From Schmidtea polychroa (Eukaryota), in the NCBI GenBank assembly GCA_044892525.1, contig CM097885.1:13952001-14016000 (forward strand): a DNA stretch of 64,000 nt, in the 5' to 3' direction. The translations under genes were made by a program, and so were the position numbers. Each line of letters opens with the position of its first letter. Position 1 is the stretch's first letter. This document shows, piece by piece, positions 15,060 to 30,558 of this stretch. A model generated the notes under the pieces. That model saw only the letters and a program-made list of their open reading frames with translations. It was not told the origin of the DNA and ran no database searches.

Positions 15060-15780
15060 TGATGGCCACTAACTTAAATGTAGCACCAGAGGTGTTTGCG
15101 ATGGGCATTTAGCGCTAAAGTCAATGGTATTTCGGAGTTACCAGGGGAATATGGTAAAGTGTGAGCAACGGCAAGAAAAGGTTAAACCTAGATTGTTCTC
15201 CCAACATGTAACCCGTTTTATAAATAGAGCCCACTGGCTTATTGATTTTCAACGACTGTACATAACCTACATGGTGGTTTGGATGTGTATATTGATGGTA
15301 AAAAGTAAAATAGTCATGAAGACACTAAAATAAGAGTTGATGATAACTTTATATCAGCGACTATATATCAGTTATATCAGCGTCTCCAGGACATCTAAAA
15401 AACACTCGCCAGATTCTGAGTTATTTCCCAACCAAACTCTATTAATATCCCAACACCTGCAAGTTTGACTTTAACAACCTTTTACTTCTGATGTACTTAA
15501 AGAATTTCCGGTTCCAAAATATTTTTTTGTTAAGATCCACCTGGTTGTCTTATTATCTCATATTTTTTGTATCTTCAGAACTACAAGATAAATTTCGTTG
15601 TTAATAAGTAAAATTTATCAAATTTGTGAATTTAAATATATATGGAATAATTTTTGTTTTAATAATATTGCATTTTCACAATTTAGCGAATGAAAAAGTG
15701 AATAAATTAATGAAATGTTACATTATTTAATATTAAATCAGGTCACTCTTTAAAAGAATCTCATTACAAATCCAAATGGT
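15060..15780 (+). repeat. Diverged direct paralog of about 570-2040, lacking the MITE
   Basis: Shared blocks atggtaaagtgtgagcaacggca, ccagattctgagtt, agatccacctggttgtcttattatct and aatattaaatcaggtcact. Confidence 0.85.
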
Positions 15781-17775
15781 TCGTGAACATTGCACGACAA
15801 CAAGATTATACCAGCTTAAGAAATGAGTCGATCCACTACGGATCTGTTTCACCTACAAATGCCGATTAAAAGGCAAATTCAGTCGATTTTAGTAATAAGA
15901 TTGTTGAAAAGTTCTATGGTATATATTTAAATATTTATATTTGAGTATTTGTGTAATGTACGATTGTATGTGAGAGGAGATTTGAAGAGCCTGATAGAGT
16001 CACCGATAAAAAGAGTGTGGCGGGACAATCGAAGTTCTTGTATGTAACTAAGGAATGTTTCTAAATGAGTATTTATAATTTCTAATAATTAAGAAAATTA
16101 ATAATAAACAACGTAATTAAATACAACTTTTAACTAATAAATATTATAAGACCTGTTTTAATCAGAATATTGTGAGTTCAGGCCAAACCTACAATAACTA
16201 TGTAGGTAGTAACTTGATCGAAGGAATTTGTTGTATTTGGATAGATATTGAAGGGTTGAGAACAAACGCGTAGGAGATTGCCTTTTTTCTCTTATATTAT
16301 AATTGAATTAATTATGTTTGGTTGATTGTGATTTGGCCAGTGATTGATCAGAATTATTTGATTAAGACGGTTGATATACAGATTCTTTTGATAGCTCGAG
16401 CTTGTAAAATTTCTCTGATTGTTTCCTTAGTTTAATTTTTTATTGATTTCTTTTAATTTTTAATTAGTTTTCGATTTGTGATTTTTAAAACTTTTTATTT
16501 CACGACGTTAAGGACACAGAAACGAGAGTAAAAACAAAACCTAATTGAGGTTCGGTTTTGAGTAATAATAATGATAAAAATGTAACATTCTACTACATAT
16601 ATGAAGCAATTAAAGCAAATGATTCTACATGATTGCATTAACAAATAAATGATTTTAAATATTTTTCATCCACACCATATTTTATTGAACCGCTAGAATT
16701 TGTGGGGAATTAACTTAATTAATCGATTTTCATGGGATTTTTTTTCATTTTTTCTATTCAATTCTTTTTGTAACGTTTTATCATACTTCCTTCGTATATA
16801 AATAAAAGCTATAACTTTCCTAATTAATTTAATTATTGTCCTTTTGCAAACACGACCAATAATTATTATCAATTTTCGATCTTACTAATTCCTTCTTTTA
16901 TGTATTATTCTTTCCATTTTGGAGTGGCAGATTTTTCAAATACGTAACTTCTTGCGTTTATCATTTTAATTATATCTATTTATTTATCATCCATATGTTG
17001 TGTACTTTACTTTATATTATTGATATATGATCACATATTTTGATTCAATTTATTGCAGGTTTTATGATACTTTTTTAGATAAATTCTAACAACCTCTTAA
17101 TTTCTTATTCTATCCCAAAAACAGTTGACGGCTACCAGATTAAGAATGTAATGTTGATCTGAGTCAAAATCAATCACCAACAATAATTCAAGGGTTTTAG
17201 GAGACAAAATTATTGCAAATTTACGGATGCTTTTATAATGTACTCAATGTTCAAAAATTCTTTTGAGTACAATCATTTGAAATTGCGTAAGACATGGTCC
17301 TATTTAACAATATATATTTCCCTGATAATTTTGTTTTATCCATAACTTCCTTGTTGATCGAATTGTTGGACTGAATAGTGTGAGTAATGAATAAGATCTT
17401 GTAAGTGGGGGACCTGAGTAAAAATTAATTTAAATTATTAAAAATAAATTTGGATTAATTATAATTAATAAGCCGAGACAAACTCACACAACATAGAGAT
17501 CGCACAAAATTATTTAAATTTAATAAAACACCAAGTAATAAAATTAACATGAAAAAAAATAAATAAAAAAACATAAAAAAGTAGACGCGTAACGAGTTCC
17601 ACAAGAAACATATTTTAATACAGAAAAACACAAAAAGTATCGCTGAAAAACAGATAGCAAAAATATATCGATATGAATGATGATGTCCTCTTCAACTTCG
17701 ACGACCTCCTTGTGGATGCCCAAGAGAATTCACATTGATGAGAAATAATAACTTTAATAATATAGTAATAATAAT

Positions 17776-18105
17776 GGCACCCCGACAAAATAGCCCAGGA
17801 CAAAATAGCCCCGTCATAATAGCCCCGTCAAAATAGCCTGCCCACAAAACAGCCCGAGTTAAAATAGCCCTGTCAAAATAGCCAACAAAGAATTAGTTAC
17901 CTAATACTATATATTATTTCTTTAAAGGTACCTACGTGACCTGATTGTGGCTTCACAATCGTCATCAGCCCAGCCACTTTTTTGGATTTTTACTTTGAGC
18001 CATTTTGATGGGGCTATTTTGACGGGGCTATTTTAACTCGGGCTGTTTTGTGGGCAGGCTATTTTGACGGGGCTATTTTGTCTTGGACTATTTTGACGGG
18101 TGCCC
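17776..18105. mobile_element. Mutator-like MITE with tandem caaaatagcc subterminal repeats
   Basis: Inverted ends ggcaccccgacaaaatagccc ... ctattttgacgggtgccc. 9-bp flanking direct repeat AATAATAAT (low complexity). Confidence 0.75.
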
Positions 18106-19876
18106 AATAATAATATTATATTAATTTTTGTTGTAATTTTTGTTGTCTTCTTTCATTATTATTAGAACTATAAGTTTTCTATTTGTTGAGGATACCTAAA
18201 TGAAAAATAACATAATAAATAAATTACCTGTTGGAAGATCGTCATGACAAACGGAACGATCTATGGGAACTCAGAAAAGAAAACGGAAGTAAAAAGAAAT
18301 TAAAAATGAGAAAAATTTAAATCAAATAAAAGGAAACAAACAAGAAATTAAAACAAAGGTCACTGTTAATTAAGAAGTACAAATGAAGGTGGAATTCCAA
18401 ATTCCAGAAAAACAAAATAAGGGAAAAAGCCGTATCTTGACAGATTGTCGGGAGAAGGCGGCATAACAAAAAAGGAGAATGGGAAAATATCTTGATATCT
18501 GTCAGAGATAAGGCTGACGTAGAGGAAAAGGAAAATGGAAAGCAGAGTGCAAATAAAATAACTATACAAAAGGAAACTGGGGGACACAAATTCAGATAAT
18601 TTGAGAGACAATAAGTGAGACAATTTGAGAGGCAAGTATAGAAATAAATTTGAAAGAAATTTTGGGAGATAAAATTATTTGAGAAAAATTAGACAACGTC
18701 GGACGAAACGTTGTTGGAGAAACGATTGTGAAAACGAATTGTAAAGAAAATAATTGTGAAAAATAATTGTTGGAGAAGATTTAAATAAAATAATTAGTTG
18801 AAAAATTAAACGAAAAGAAGTTACTTGAGTATTTGAATAAATTTGTGAAGAAGGTCAAAGAAAACAACCAGCTCAAAGTCCCAGTTGATAAACCAATCAG
18901 TAATTTGTGATCTTTTATTCCGGTGTTTTGTTACTAATAGAATTTGGAATAAATTTCCTTCATGAACTTTCGTTTCTTTCTTGAATGAGAGAATAATTTT
19001 GATTAAAAGCTTGTTTAGATCTTGCATCACTCATTGGTTCTCCTCTCACAGTTCTGTATTGATTCGATCTTCCAATGTAACCTTTTGGCCTAATTTGGAA
19101 GAAACAATAAAAATTCCATTCGTCTTCGTCATCGCACCAACGCTTGAGCTCTGTTAACCTGCTTTGTTGCCTCAGCCGTGTATTGAATCAGATCTTGGCG
19201 AAACTTCTCCATTGAAGGATCCACTGTAATTTAGAATAATTACAGTTAAAACATTTTTTATCTTTGCATTATCTTTGCATCAAATTCGTTTATAGACTGG
19301 ATCCATTTCCTTTGTCTATTAGATGGATTTTCTTGATCTCATCAGGAGTTCCTAATGAAAACGATCAATACATTCCAGCATCTCCCTACTGTTTTCTTCT
19401 CGCAGAAAGTCCAACGTCTCTCAGTTGTTTCCCCACCATTCTCTTCTTGAACCTTAATCTTCTTTCTACCCAAATTTCATATTGGTCTGATTTTAAAAGT
19501 GCCTAATCAATTGCATGCTCAACTAAGAGACTGCGTTTCTCGTACAGAAACCTAATCACAAATTTGTCAAGAGTTAAGCCTTTAGTCTGCAGGTTCTGCT
19601 GAGTAAGATGGACTTCCTCAAGTAGATCAGCCGAGAGGTAAAGGTAGCAGATAAACGTGAAATCACCGACCGCATGTAAAAGACATTGTACTGTACCCCT
19701 TGTGTCCAGATTTTCAATAATATCACATAGAGCTTCAGTCGCCGCTATACATTCATCAAATTTATTTTTCACTGACTTAACAGCAGCATAATGAGCACTC
19801 CGACGTGCTGTTGACAACATTTTCACCAACATCCCAGCGTGTTCAATCAAAACATCCCATCGATGAGTGTAAGCAG

Positions 19877-21673
19877 TGTTGGGCTAGAACCGAGAATCGA
19901 GAGCTTGTTTTAATGAATCAAAAATACATAACATAAAAATCGCACCAAGTTAAATCAAAACACCAATCAATACAAATTAAAGTACATAACACATTGATGA
20001 TAAATAAGACCCGGGTGATAAAATAAAGGAACGAAAATAAAGGTCGCAATCACTAACACAATTAGGAGAAACATCGCAATCGGAATATCTAACAACTAAA
20101 AATTAAAATAATAATAAATAAAATAATTGGTAATGAATTAATTAATAATATGGGAAATTTCTAAATAAATAAATTTAAAATTTAAAATAAATTATCTAGT
20201 AAACTGGAGAAATAATAAAAAATGTAGAATGAAAGTAGTAAAATTAGATAAACCATAAAATTTATAAAATTAAAACTAAAAATAAAACCAACAAAATTAT
20301 TTAAATTATACAACTTATAAAACCAAATTGTTTAAATTAATGAAACTAAAGTAAAATTAACTGAACTTATTTAAATTACAAAACTTGTAAAATTAAATTA
20401 AAATTAGCAAAAAACTATTTTGATTATAGAATTTATAAAAATAAATCTTAAAAGTTAATAAAAATTAGAATTTTGATTAACTAAATTAATTAAATTAAAA
20501 AAAAAACAATAATTGCACACATGCATGCATGCATGCAAAAATTAACCAGAATTGCCTCGCATTCTAATTGGATATAGTAGCAGAGAATGCGTAGGCGTAC
20601 AATTCAATCAGTATAAATACGGATTGAAATTTCAGTTGTTCAACTTGTTAAATTAGTTTTCAGTTTTACACTACAAATCGTTTGTCAGGTAACGAACATA
20701 TGCTCTCAATTTTCGATTTTATGCCCTTGTGGATTGGACTGGTAGTTTTATTTTAATATGAAATTTTAGGTAATGTTTTAAGTTAAATAAATTTTATATT
20801 CAATTTAGTTTAGTTTTTTTTTCATTATTGTTTAATTTCATTTAGTTTCAAGTTTGAAATAATAGTTTTTATTGAGTTCAATTATATTATTTGTTGATTG
20901 TGAACGATAGTAACGTGGAGTTGAGGAACTTCATGTCATGGCATGAGGTGCCTTCGGGAGCTCAGCCGGTGGACATGAGGTTCTTCAATCACGCAGCTGG
21001 ATTGGGCCGAAATGTGGGGGCTTCCTCACGGGTCCTATCGCTGGAAGTACTTTGGCCAAACATAGGTTAGGACTGAGAATACAGGCAGATCCCTGCTCAA
21101 ATTTTTTTGAAGTACAATTTAAATATTATGGGAAGCGCGGATTAACTTGGAAATAAGGGCCAATCCCTGCTCAAATTTTTCAAAGGATAATTTAGATATT
21201 GTAGGAAGTGTAGAACAATAATTATTAGCTGGAAAATAAGGGCCGATCCCTGCTCAAATCTTTTTGCGAGATAGTTTAAATATTCATAAATATCAAAAGA
21301 AATACCTAGCAACCTTTATTAATAGAAAAATAAGGGCGCATCCCTGCACAAAATTTTGAAAGGAAACAATAGAAAACAACTAGAAATGAAGACCATAACC
21401 GAATGAGATAGAAAAGTAAAAATAGAAAATGATCAATGACGTAAGACCTTCTATCGGCCGCCTAGAACCCGAAGAGAAAATACAATGGGGAGTAGTTTTA
21501 GCAATAGAGCTCACCTGCTCATTGTTTTTTCGCCTTTGTGTACAGTTCAACATGGTCGTCGCCATGGGTACACAAATGGTTAAATTGCAATAGTCATGGA
21601 GGTGCTGTGAATATATATGATTACCCTTAATGCATTTAAAAATTTAAAATGACACACCCCTAAGTAACCAACA
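19877..21673. mobile_element. Solo LTR (probably Ty3/Gypsy), present only in arm 2
   Basis: TGTTGG...CCAACA termini and 4-bp TSD GCAG. The empty site is visible in arm 1 at about 13540. Confidence 0.88.
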
Positions 21674-21926
21674 GCAGCAAAGAATGAAAATATTCTCTCA
21701 AGAGTACCAAAAAATGTAACGCTAGAAGCATTGTTGGCAAAAGAGTGTAGGCCACACAAGTTTACTTAATGGTCCACGCACCCAATAAAAATCGCTTACT
21801 TATTATTTCTTTTCAGAATGGCTTTAACACCTCCATGGATTCCGCACATTGTTGCAGCATTTCGTAGCCTTGAGCTCTGTACATCATTATGTCAAGTCCG
21901 TCGCGTTTTAGATTTGTAAGAATATC

Positions 21927-22395
21927 CAGTGCTCGAAGTGGAACAAAATATGTGCCGGGATAGGCATGCTGTGGCACCCGGGATTCCAGGCTTTTATGCA
22001 GAAATTTTCAGTTGGGTGTGTTGCAAAACTTTGGGGGGTGTCCAACAAATTTTATATATAGACACATTATATATAGAGGGGGTCGCAGTATAAATAACTC
22101 AACAAACAACTTGCTGGTTTAACTAAAATAAATAAGAGAATATACCTACCTATCCATTACTGCTGCTTGGGAAATTCTTAATTGAATAGAGAATAGAGAA
22201 TAAAAAATATATATATACATACATATATGGATGTACTATGTGTGACCTTAATTGCAGTATTTGTGTGCCTATAAAATGAAATAAGTACCGGGATAAACCT
22301 ATAGATTATATGAAATGTAGTGCCGGGATGCAATTCCGCCTACATAATCAATGCCGGGATAATATCCCGGCTAGCCCGCCTCACTTCGAGCACTG
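21927..22395. mobile_element. hAT-type MITE, mirror copy
   Basis: Same TIRs; TSD AGAATATC. Confidence 0.93.
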
Positions 22396-23197
22396 AGAAT
22401 ATCAGAAATGAGGCCATCAGCTTTATCCCGCTTAAAGGGAAAAATCCGTGGAACACTTCTTTTACTTCAACTTTCCCATTGTGGATTTTCACATACCTGA
22501 TAACCTCAAACATCTGGTCAGGGTGTTATATGTCATGTGTGCTCTCGAACATAATTCCAAAATACCTTGCAGTTTTTTTATCTTTGACAAGAATCTCATT
22601 TACTTGATTTGCCAAGACATTTATAAATTGATTTTACGTTTCTGGTGAAAAGTAAATAACGAATGGTTTTACTGTATATGCACTACAAGTCATCATCCTG
22701 TAGAACCATTGTTTGGTTTACTTGCGCATGTCTTTTTAAGCCTTTTCATCTTGCTTTGTCACAACACAAGCACTCGGCCTATGGAAAATCCTTCAAGTCT
22801 ATTGATCTATTCTACCTGGTTAATTATCGCGTTCGTAAATAACTTCAAACTTTGATCATACCAGCCCTGAATCTCATTAAAATGAGCCAACGATGTTCTG
22901 CAAACTCCAAGGTGACATTCAGGCCCAGTTATGCCTTTTAGTCATATATTTATTTAACTATAATCGGTCATCCACTTATGAAATACGACTGAACCGAGCA
23001 ACGTCTGCTCTGTAAAATTTGCAATTTTTTTCATTTGGTGTCAGCCGGTTCGGTTCTCACCCGCTTAGCGACGCCACTAGCCTTATTATTTTATTACATT
23101 AGATTAATAGTAATAATTATTGTCATTCTCCTCTTTCATCTGATGTAATTAATATTATTATTTTTATTATTACACGACACAACAAAAAATAGTTATA

Positions 23198-25708
23198 CAC
23201 CTAATTCTGTTTTTACGCGAATTTGATTTAACGCGATTCAAAAAAATTATTTCGTTCTGTTTTTACGCGATTTGATTTGATTTAACGCGCTTAAAAAAAA
23301 TTCATTTTTTAACAAGAAAAAACATGTATGTACATGTATGTACATAATTCTTTATAGTTTACTGCTAATTTGTAGTTTAGGTTTAAAACAATTTCTATTT
23401 TAATGTATGTACAATAATCAAAATTCTGAGGTGAGAAAACTAAAATATTTACATTCACATTTTAAAGTTATTCGATAATAGGTGTTATAATAGGTGTTTT
23501 AGTATAAAATACCAATCCAAATTTGGTATCAATTGCGTTTGAAGATTTTACCAAGAGATTTATACAATTCCTGAATTCAATTAACGGTAATTTATAATTT
23601 GAAGTGCATTTATTTATTACCTGCAAATAAATTATTTTTATAGGGACCTCATTACAATTAACAATGTCAGCTAAAAAACAAACGAATAGAAAAGCTATTT
23701 CTTTGGAAGTTAAAATCAAAATTTTGGATAGACTAGCCACTGAAGGAGGTGCCATTTCTGTAGGAAAATATTTTAATTTAAAAGAATCTACCATAAGAAC
23801 AATAAAAAAATGAAGAAGCTATCAGAAAATCTGTGATTGCTGGAACAAATATGAGTGTTCATACATCATCATACACAAGAGACATTGTAAAAGAGAAAAT
23901 GGAGAAGGCTCTTGTAATATGGATGGAGGATTACTCACAAAAACGAATACCAGTTGACGGAAATGGCATAAAGCAGATGGCATTACGGATCTATAAGCAG
24001 ATGAAAGAAATGGAACCACAAACATCAGGCCAGAGAGATAAAAAAATTGAATTTCCTGCAAGTACAGGTTGGGTGACAGGTTATCTGCTAAGGCAGCGCG
24101 CTGCATAATATAAAAATTAGGGGTGAATTAGCAGCCAAAGAATTTCCCCAAAAATTGGCTAAAATAATTGAAGAAGGTGGCTACACTGCTGATCAGGTAT
24201 GGAATGCAGATGAAACCGGCCTTTTCTGGAAACGAATGCCGAGCAGAACATACGTAGCTAAATCCCAAAAAATTGCAAGTGGGTTTAAAGTAGTCAAGGA
24301 TCGTGTGACCTTTTTATTTTGTTCTAACGTTTCAGGAGATCGAATGCTAAAACCTTAACTTGTAAATCGAGCTCTAAAACCACGGTCAATGAAAGGTGTA
24401 AATTTCAGTACATTGCCAGTTCACTGGACAGCTAATAAAAAAGCTTGGGTGACAACTGAGACTTTTAAGGAGTGGTTCCTCAAAAATTTTGTCCCAGAAG
24501 TTCGCCGCTATATGAGCGATAAAGGTCTTGAATTCAAGGTTCTGTTGATTATAGACAACGCACCAGGTCATCCCCATATGGAGCATCCAAATGTCGAATT
24601 TTGTTTTTTGCCACCCAATACTACTTCGTTGATACAACTACTGGATCAAGGAATTATAGCAACCTTTAAAACCTATTATGTTAAGCAAACATTCCGGTAT
24701 ATTTTAGATCAATTACTGAATGATGACAATTTAAAAGTTATGGACGCGTGGAAGAAATTTTCTATTAATGACTGCATCAAACATGCTGGATTAGCGCTAT
24801 CCGAACTAAAACCATCAACTTTAAACGCATGTTGGAACGGAATGCGTCAAAAATAAAGATCCGATACCTTCTAATGCAGTCGAGTTTAGCAATATCATAG
24901 CCTTAGCTCATGAAGTAGGCGGAGAAGGTTTTGATGATCTATCGTCTGCAGATATAGAAGAACTATTAGTGGATACGGTACTTAGCAGTGATGAAATCAT
25001 TGCTTTTGCGCTTGAGACACCTGATGTGCAAGAAATTAGCGAAGATGACGACGTAGAGGTTCCTACCCTCACCGCAGATCTAATTAAAGAAGGACTTTAA
25101 CTAGCAGCTAAATTAAGCGATCATTTGGCAAGCATGATCCTATTGAGGAAAGAGCTCGGAAATTTCAACGTGAAATTATTAATGGGAAATTATCGCGAAT
25201 TACATAACAGCATTATCAAACCCAGACCACAACAATTGATTACTGAATTTTTGACTAGAACCGCTAAAACATCAACACCACTTCAACATGAAAATGAAGT
25301 GGAAAATATTTCTAGTGATGACAGTGATTGTGGCGTTCAAGTCTCACGTAAACGAATACGTATATCATCAGGAAGTGACAGCAATAGAAATATGTTTAAT
25401 GATATATTTTGCCACTTTTTGTTTTACTAAAATGAATTTTTTGTTAAATAATGAATTTTTTTTGTTAAATTAGTATTTTTTTTCGTTTGTCGTTATTTTA
25501 TTCATAACTATATATTTAAATAAATAAAAAGTGTATAAAACACGTAAAAACAATGAATTTGTATACTTTAATCACATTATTTTAGTTGATTTTGGAAATG
25601 AAGAACCAATCCTCTACTTTTATATGGACACCATATCTTTTTTAACGCGAATTTTTTTTACGCGTATTTTCGGGGAACGTATCTATCGCGTAAAAACAGA
25701 ATTAGGTG
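23198..25708 (+). mobile_element. Tigger/pogo transposon, mirror copy (transposase pseudogene 23664-25430)
   Basis: Same TIRs, TA flanks and ORF breaks as 9514-12017. Confidence 0.93.
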
Positions 25709-26239
25709 TATTACTCTTAGAGCGTTTCTATAGTAAATCTGACCCTCTGAATTCAAATATCGACGAAGTGTGGTGTTAAATTATTACTTGTAACTTTTTA
25801 TTTATAATTACGATATGCAATCGTTATCTTATTGTGGTTGTGTACATATCTAACTCTAAATGTTTATTTGCCACTATAAATTCTTATATAATAAAATCAA
25901 TATATAATATTGACAATTTATCAGTAGTTTATTAATGATATATTTAAAATGGAAAATTAAGAATTTTATGTAAAAAACTTTTATTATATTATTTTGTTTA
26001 CCAGCTTTTCTTTTATACAAATTTTGACTGATAGCAGCACGTTTTTATTTCTAAAACATTTACATCATGATCTCATTAAATTGCTCACTATTAACCACCT
26101 AAATAAGCATTTTATATATAATTTTTAATTAAAAAGATTGTAAATAAATCTGAGTGAATAAATTAAAAAAGGCTTCAGTAAATGATAAAATAACAAAAAT
26201 AAAAACATGTATTATAACAAAGTAACATCAATAACAAGA

Positions 26240-29200
26240 TCAAAATTTAAACTTTTCATTGATTACTGCAAGTTCCTTGGTAAAATGTTTCATCAGTTCT
26301 CTTTTGCGCTTTTCTAGGCCATCTTCAAATGATTTACTATTTTCTTTTTCTCCTTCAAATAATGCCGTATTCCCTTTCATTACTGATTCTCTAAAATCAT
26401 GACTTTCCTGGAGGCTTTGCAGTCGAATGTCAGCACAATCTTGCTTCAAATCAATATCAACTTCATAGAATTGACTTGCTTCCTGAAATGTACTTTTCTC
26501 TTCCTCGAATCGCTTCTAAATCTCTACATTTTTAGGACTTATTGATTCTTGAACCCTACCTTTATCTCGACGAGTTTCTGATCCATGTAATCATTGAGAT
26601 CGCGATGATGACCAACTTGATCCGTTAAATTCTGAATGGCTTTACAATGTTCCGCAGATTCCTCCTGCAATGTCAGGCAAATCGTCTCATTTTCATTCAA
26701 ATTCTTGACAGCTATTCGATTCTCGAATTCTAACAATTTTATATCACTTTTCTATGAACTAAATAACTTCGGTTTATATCAATTTACCCATACCAAAACT
26801 TCAGCGTTCCTTTTTAAATCTTCGCTTTGTCTTATGTGTTCCTGTAATTCCTCTCGCCTGATTTGGGTCTTCTCTTCAATAACAGATATCAAGTTTGATA
26901 TATAAGGTCGCAAATGACCATCGTAATTTAGCAGATATTCGAAATTAAAATCCGTGATTTCTTGACGAATTTCTTCTTTGACTAAGTCTGGGAACTGAAA
27001 TGAGAGGTAAAAAAAAGTCTAAGTCTATTTTGAAAGTATGGTGGTCATTTGCCATTATTGTCATTATAGCATCCACAATTAATATTAGCTCCAATAGCTA
27101 TTGCCAAACATTTTATATCATATAAAATATTGATTATTAAATGATAATACAATAATCATTATAATATTATAATAACAAAAGATGAGAGGATTTGGTTATC
27201 AAGTCAGTTTTATATAAAATGTAAGTATGAAAAATACATGAAATTATACAAATAACAGCCAAGATTAGCGAGAAAGTGATGCTAAGGAAGCAGTTAAAAT
27301 GTGCTATCGATGGAATAAAATTATTGTGGAATTTTGCCATAAAATAATCTTATCGAAATCTCTATAAATCTTATATAATCTATATTGAATAAATTGTAAG
27401 CTGAATTCGATCAGTTATGAATTGTGAAATTCTGCTCGGCATTCAGTTGCTATTAAAAACGATGAAATATTAAGGCCTAACTGGAACAATTAATCATTTC
27501 ACAGGCAATTACATGTCAAATTTTAATGGGAAAATACAAATACAAGGTTAACAAGAGAAATTTTAAAATGAAGACGCCACTGGGTTAATTGCAGAGATTA
27601 AGTTTTGTAAATAAATCTTTTAAATGATTGTAAGTACATTATTATTTTTGGGGTTTTCAATTGATATCCCGATATAAATTTGCCATTAGTTGCGACAAAC
27701 ATATCATTTGATTTTATATAGAATTTATAATATTCCAATTCTTGCAGATTCTATAAAATTTAGGTAATCAGATATAGAGTAATAGTTTTCCGCATATTTA
27801 TCGCGATTCTGATTTAGATAAATGATTAATGAAATCATTTCTCAACAGGGGCCGCTGTCAACTGCAGGAAGAAGGGAGAGCAGGAGAGGTCAAGGGGATA
27901 ATTAAAAATTATGAAAACATAAAAGTTAATACATAAATTCTAGCACAAATATAATTTCATGAATATATAACAAATTGAATCGATATTAATATAATAAATT
28001 GATTTAATAAATGATATTTGAATAGTAATATTACTATTTTATACAGATGTAAATACTAGCTGTCTGAATTCAGGCACATTTTCTCAGGTATGAATTACAA
28101 CTACTTATTGGATTAATATCGGATAATATGGTGAATTGTCCTTCCTGCTACTCCAGTTTAATTTCCGTTTATCTTTTTAGTTTTTTGGTTTCTAACTTGT
28201 CGATTCTGCTAGTTCTACTTTTGTCTCAATATTTCATCTCCTTCGATTATTGTTGTTACCATCCTTTACATTTTATTTCTCGAACTCGTCCCCCAACTAT
28301 TCCTCCCCATCACAATCCCATCTGATCTACTCGGAATTGTTTTAATTTCATTATAATTACGCTGAAATATTCTCTCTTCCGTTCTACTCTGAAGCTTCAT
28401 TGTCCAAACATTTATTGTCTCCATATTTTCATGTTTCAGTATATTTGATTTAAAAACCTTCATGTGTTCGCATTTAACAGGAATTTGATCTCTAAGCTCT
28501 TGTTCATGTTCAACCTATTTTTATTGTAAATAATTTTGCTTTACCAGGCCTTATTTGGAGTATATTTTAATTTCCTCCTGCATTCTACTCGATTTTCTTC
28601 AAAATAATTCTTTATAACGCATTTATATCTTCATGCTTTCATTTTCAGGCCATCATTGGATTCATTTTTTGCATATTCAACAGAAAATATCCTTTTTTAT
28701 TTCGTACTTTAATTATTCCCTTCTAAACATTCCAATGCAAAACTGTTTTGCGTTTTAAATAACTCGTAAACTTTAGCACATCAATTTGAAAGTTGCACCG
28801 ATATCCCGACAACTTTAACCAATTGTTTACACTTCCTAACCTGCTTTTACAATTAGACATTACCATTCTTTCACTGACCATTCGAATATAATTTCCTAGT
28901 GATGATTACGATCGATTTCCTCAATCGCTCAATAATTAATAAAATATTGATAAAAATAATCAGTGAAATTATTAATAAAAATAATTGATAAGTGTTTATT
29001 AAAAAATGAAAAATATTAATAAATAATTAGAAAAGGTTATCAATAAAATATGGATAAAAAATAATCAATAAAAAAATTAATAAAATGTAGATTATTATTG
29101 AAATAATCAATAAAATATTGATAAAAAATAATCGATTAAGGGCAAATATTATCGAATTTAGGATGCGGCAAAATAAAATCAAAGTGGCGAGCCAATGAAA

Positions 29201-29442
29201 TCGCGCCAAAATTTCCATCCGTAACGTAAATAATAAATAAAAATACAAATAAACCAATTACAATATTATAAACATCGGCAAATATTTTCTGCAAATGGAA
29301 TTTCACGTCATCAATCTCGAGCTCCATCGATCGGGTCGTTTGTTTAAATTCTTCCATTTCCAATTTCGATTGCTGCAATTGCGCTCGCTTTCTCACTAAT
29401 TTCTCTTGGAAATCCTCGATCTGATTGATTGTGTCCGAGTAC
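26240..29442 (-). CDS. Mirror copy of the partial coiled-coil protein gene
   Basis: Reverse complement of 5815-9014. The substitutions seen keep the frame. Confidence 0.65.
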
Positions 29443-30432
29443 CTAGGAAACCGAGTCGATAGGAATATCTCAAGCAAATCAATATGAAATCATAAATAAA
29501 TAAAAAATAGATGAGTTATCGTGCTTGATTTTGTGGACCTAATTTCCTCTTAGCAACCAAAGCATATAATGACCAATTCCTTAGCAACCAATGCATATAA
29601 TGACCAATTCCTTAGCAACCAATGCATATAATGACCAATTCCTTAGCAACAACTGCATATAATGACCATTTCATTAGCAATTAAATTATTTTTATAAATT
29701 ATTATTCTAAACTAAAAAATTAACAATTAATTTCAGATTTTTTTTATTTTTAAATAATTAAAAATAATTCTAAATCTAATTTACTAATTCTCCATTAAAT
29801 GTTTGGAGGCTGAATTAGCTGCCAGATAAGTTTTGCAATTTTTCAGAAATTACTACAAGAATTAAAAAAATCGAAAGCAATTTGGATAATATAAATAAAG
29901 CAGAGTGAGAAATGAAAAGTAGAAAAGGTCAAAATAGAGAAAGAGAAAATAAAAAAATAAATGAGTGAAATAAATAAAAGTAAAAATAATTTATTTATCT
30001 GTTTTTTGATTAATTTAATAAACTATTTATTAATATTTTTATTAATTTATTTATTCTATTAATTTATTTATTAATCAATTTATTAATTTATTTATTCATT
30101 AAATTATTTATAAAATTATTTATTAATCTATCTATTTAATAATTAATTTATTCATTAATCTATTTATTAATTTATTTATCTATTTATTAATTAATTAATC
30201 TACCTATTAATTCTATTTATTCAATAAATTATTTGTTAATCTATTTAATATTTTATTTATTAATCTATTTACTAATCTAACTTTTTACTACTCATACGAA
30301 AAATATTTTTGAAATGAATGAAATTAGAAAATTTAGCATTTTAGAATCGGTCTGAATGTAGCGGGGTCGTTTAAAATTTTTATTATTACTAATAATAATT
30401 ATTACTATTTATTACTAATAATTATTATTATA

Positions 30433-30558
<126 letters not shown>

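Noticed and set aside
18150..19230. Possible retroelement leader/gag fragment across the inner palindrome junction
   Set aside because: No recognisable domain, LTR or primer-binding site.
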